A stretch of DNA of 32,000 bases, taken from NCBI RefSeq assembly GCF_902801725.1, contig NZ_CADCJB010000013.1, positions 11,302-43,301 on the forward strand. Direction: 5' to 3'. Within the stretch, counting starts at the first letter, position 1, and every line of letters starts with the position of its first letter. The notes beneath the pieces are model-generated. The model worked only from the letters and a program-made list of their open reading frames with translations. It was not told where the DNA came from and made no database searches. Source of the stretch: an uncultured Methanobrevibacter sp. Lineage in GTDB: Archaea; Methanobacteriota; Methanobacteria; Methanobacteriales; Methanobacteriaceae. Below are positions 30,499-32,000 of this stretch, one piece after another. A program made the position numbers and the translations under genes.

Positions 30499-30831
30499 AT
30501 GGTTCGAGATAAATCTAAAAAACGATTTTCAGAAGGTGAAGAGGACCCGATGGCTGGAACTTCGAATCTTGTAGATGCAATGCTTGTTATTGCAGTTGGC
30601 TTATTGATTTTCGTTGTTATAAGTTGGAATATGCAGAGTGTGGTTTTCCAGGATAATCAAAATCCGCAGAAAGCTATTGAGCAGTCTTCACCTGATGTAA
30701 CGGAAGTCAGTGAAGGACAGACATTGAATGAAACTCCGGAATCTTCAAACAGTTCTGGTCAGGGTTATATGGAAATGGGTAAAGTCTATAAAGATCCTTC
30801 AACGGGCAAGTTGATTATGGTGGAAGGTTAA
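30499..30831 (+). CDS. DUF2149 protein (ExbD/TolR-position partner)
   Basis: EEDPMAGTSNLVDAMLVIAVGLLIFVVISW: short cytosolic N-terminus, single TM, extracytoplasmic tail. Alternative TTG and GTG starts are at 30493 and 30496. Confidence 0.85.
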   Translation: MVRDKSKKRFSEGEEDPMAGTSNLVDAMLVIAVGLLIFVVISWNMQSVVFQDNQNPQKAIEQSSPDVTEVSEGQTLNETPESSNSSGQGYMEMGKVYKDPSTGKLIMVEG

Positions 30832-30833
30832 TA

Positions 30834-30842
30834 AGTAATACT
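30834..30842 (+). promoter_or_regulatory. AGTAATACT palindromic motif copy 3
   Basis: AGTAATACTTTTTAC immediately after the DUF2149 stop codon. Confidence 0.5.
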
Positions 30843-30866
30843 TTTTACTTTTGGATTTGCTCCATT

Positions 30867-30875
30867 AGTATTACT
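30867..30875 (+). promoter_or_regulatory. AGTATTACT palindromic motif copy 4
   Basis: AGTATTACTTTTTTC; 33 bp downstream of copy 3. Confidence 0.5.
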
Positions 30876-30975
30876 TTTTTCCTCTTTTTTTTAAATAATT
30901 ATTACTTTTTTTTAAAAAAACTTTACTTTAATATATAGTTTTCTCTTTTTTAGAGCAAATAAAAAGTTTTATAAG

Positions 30976-30984
30976 AGTATTACT
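30976..30984 (+). promoter_or_regulatory. AGTATTACT palindromic motif copy 5, abutting TATA-like box
   Basis: AGTATTACTTTATAATAATATAAT upstream of the ORF starting at 31075. The layout matches copy 2. Confidence 0.6.
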
Positions 30985-31074
30985 TTATAATAATATAATA
31001 GTATTTTTAGTAATATAATTTATATTATTTTTATTATTACTGAATACTCAAGAGAAATGTAATTGAGTGAGATT

Positions 31075-32000
31075 ATGAAAAGTAAGAGTTTAATATTTTC
31101 AATATTTTTGGTTTTCATAATTGTTATTAGTGTCAGCGCCATATCCGCTCAGGATGTGGACGATGCTATCTCTACAACTGACGATGAAACAGTAATTGGG
31201 GATTCTGAACAAGTTTCAGGTACTGTTTCAGGAGATGTGGATGTTACAACTGAAAATCCATGGACTACAAGTGGAGAATTAAGTTATGATATTCCTGCCG
31301 ATGCTAAGACAATTAAAAGTGCTGATGTTTATGTGAATGTTTATAGTGGTAGTGCAAAAAATACTCATGGTGCAAATGCAAATGTAAGTATTTCAACCGC
31401 TAATGGAAATGAAAGTTACTCTGAATCTTTATGGACTGAAGACGGTTCAGCTGACGGTACTGTTTACAAAGTAAATAATCATACTACCAAATGCTATTCC
31501 GATTTCATGGTTCATTATGATGTAACCAGTTTAGTTCAAGGATTAAATGGAAGTAATTTAAAGATTAAAGTCGATACATTTAAGATGGAAAATAAGTCAT
31601 TTGACGGTAGGATAAAACTAATCGGATTAGTTTTAGCTTATGATGATGGAGATGATGATGTAATCAATTATTTAATTGATGATAATCAAATTTGGACTAA
31701 TTCCAATATAACTATTCCTTTTAACACTTTATCATTTAATAATGTGTTTGAATCAAATCTGATTAATATTGCTCTTTCATCAGTTGATGGAACTTATAAA
31801 TTCAATAATGAATTTTTAACAGATTCCAAACATAAATCCGGTAATTATTATCAATATAATGAATGGAATGTAACTAATTATTTCAAAAACGGTCAAAACA
31901 ATGAATTGAATGTAATTCCTGGTCAAGGTTCCTACGGATCTTCTTATAAAAGTGTTCTTTCAGTATTGACCGGAAAATCTGTTATAAATTCAGCTGCTAT
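31075..32000 (+). CDS. Secreted DUF3344/adhesin-like surface protein, N-terminal part (runs off window; not in ORF track)
   Basis: Continuous open frame to window end: MKSKSLIFSIFLVFIIVISVSAISAQDVDDAISTTDDETVIGDSEQVSG...ADVYVNVYSGSAKNTHGANANVSISTANGNESYSESLWTEDGSADGTVYKVNNHTTKCYSDFMVHYDVTSLVQGLNGSNLKIKV... Confidence 0.8.
   Translation, partial: MKSKSLIFSIFLVFIIVISVSAISAQDVDDAISTTDDETVIGDSEQVSGTVSGDVDVTTENPWTTSGELSYDIPADAKTIKSADVYVNVYSGSAKNTHGANANVSISTANGNESYSESLWTEDGSADGTVYKVNNHTTKCYSDFMVHYDVTSLVQGLNGSNLKIKVDTFKMENKSFDGRIKLIGLVLAYDDGDDDVINYLIDDNQIWTNSNITIPFNTLSFNNVFESNLINIALSSVDGTYKFNNEFLTDSKHKSGNYYQYNEWNVTNYFKNGQNNELNVIPGQGSYGSSYKSVLSVLTGKSVINSAA

Noticed and set aside
30841-31074. T-rich tracts as a possible small RNA gene downstream of DUF2149
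   Set aside because: T-tracts are typical archaeal terminators, and there is no GC-rich stem. The palindromic motifs are better explained as operators.
1-32000. CRISPR arrays, tRNA/rRNA genes, transposases, integrases or classical defence islands
   Set aside because: No repeat-spacer periodicity, tRNA cloverleaf or TpsiC-like sequence, transposase ORF or inverted terminal repeats were seen by eye.

Overview
The window is an AT-rich archaeal chromosome segment. Its gene content (methanogenesis marker 12, CfbB-like amidase, archaeal ThrS, Fae-Hps fusion, archaeal SPase, LSm) points to a host-associated Methanobacteriales, most likely Methanobrevibacter-like; this is an inference. Most of it is housekeeping: hemL (partial), argS, purD, argF, ilvB-ilvN-beta carbonic anhydrase-ilvC, surE, cfbB/cbiA-like, thrS and fae-hps. 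A leftward operon encodes MATE, MarR and nitroreductase proteins, and its promoter contains two near-identical 12-bp palindromes. The most interesting region is 23.95-32.0 kb. It encodes a 1.68-kaa secreted, C-terminally membrane-anchored CobN/BchH-like protein, a DUF2162-type membrane protein with a PCPCCFG motif, a MotA/TolQ/ExbB protein and a DUF2149 (ExbD-position) protein. A secreted DUF3344-like protein follows that is absent from the ORF track and runs off the window. The order resembles bacterial HmuSTUV-type haem/tetrapyrrole utilisation modules, so this may be an archaeal, PMF-energised, extracytoplasmic tetrapyrrole/metal acquisition or dechelation machine. Five copies of a palindromic motif, AGTAWTACT-TTT, flank the cluster, and two of them abut TATA-like boxes; this suggests a dedicated regulon. 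Domain assignments come from reading the sequences; no database search was run.
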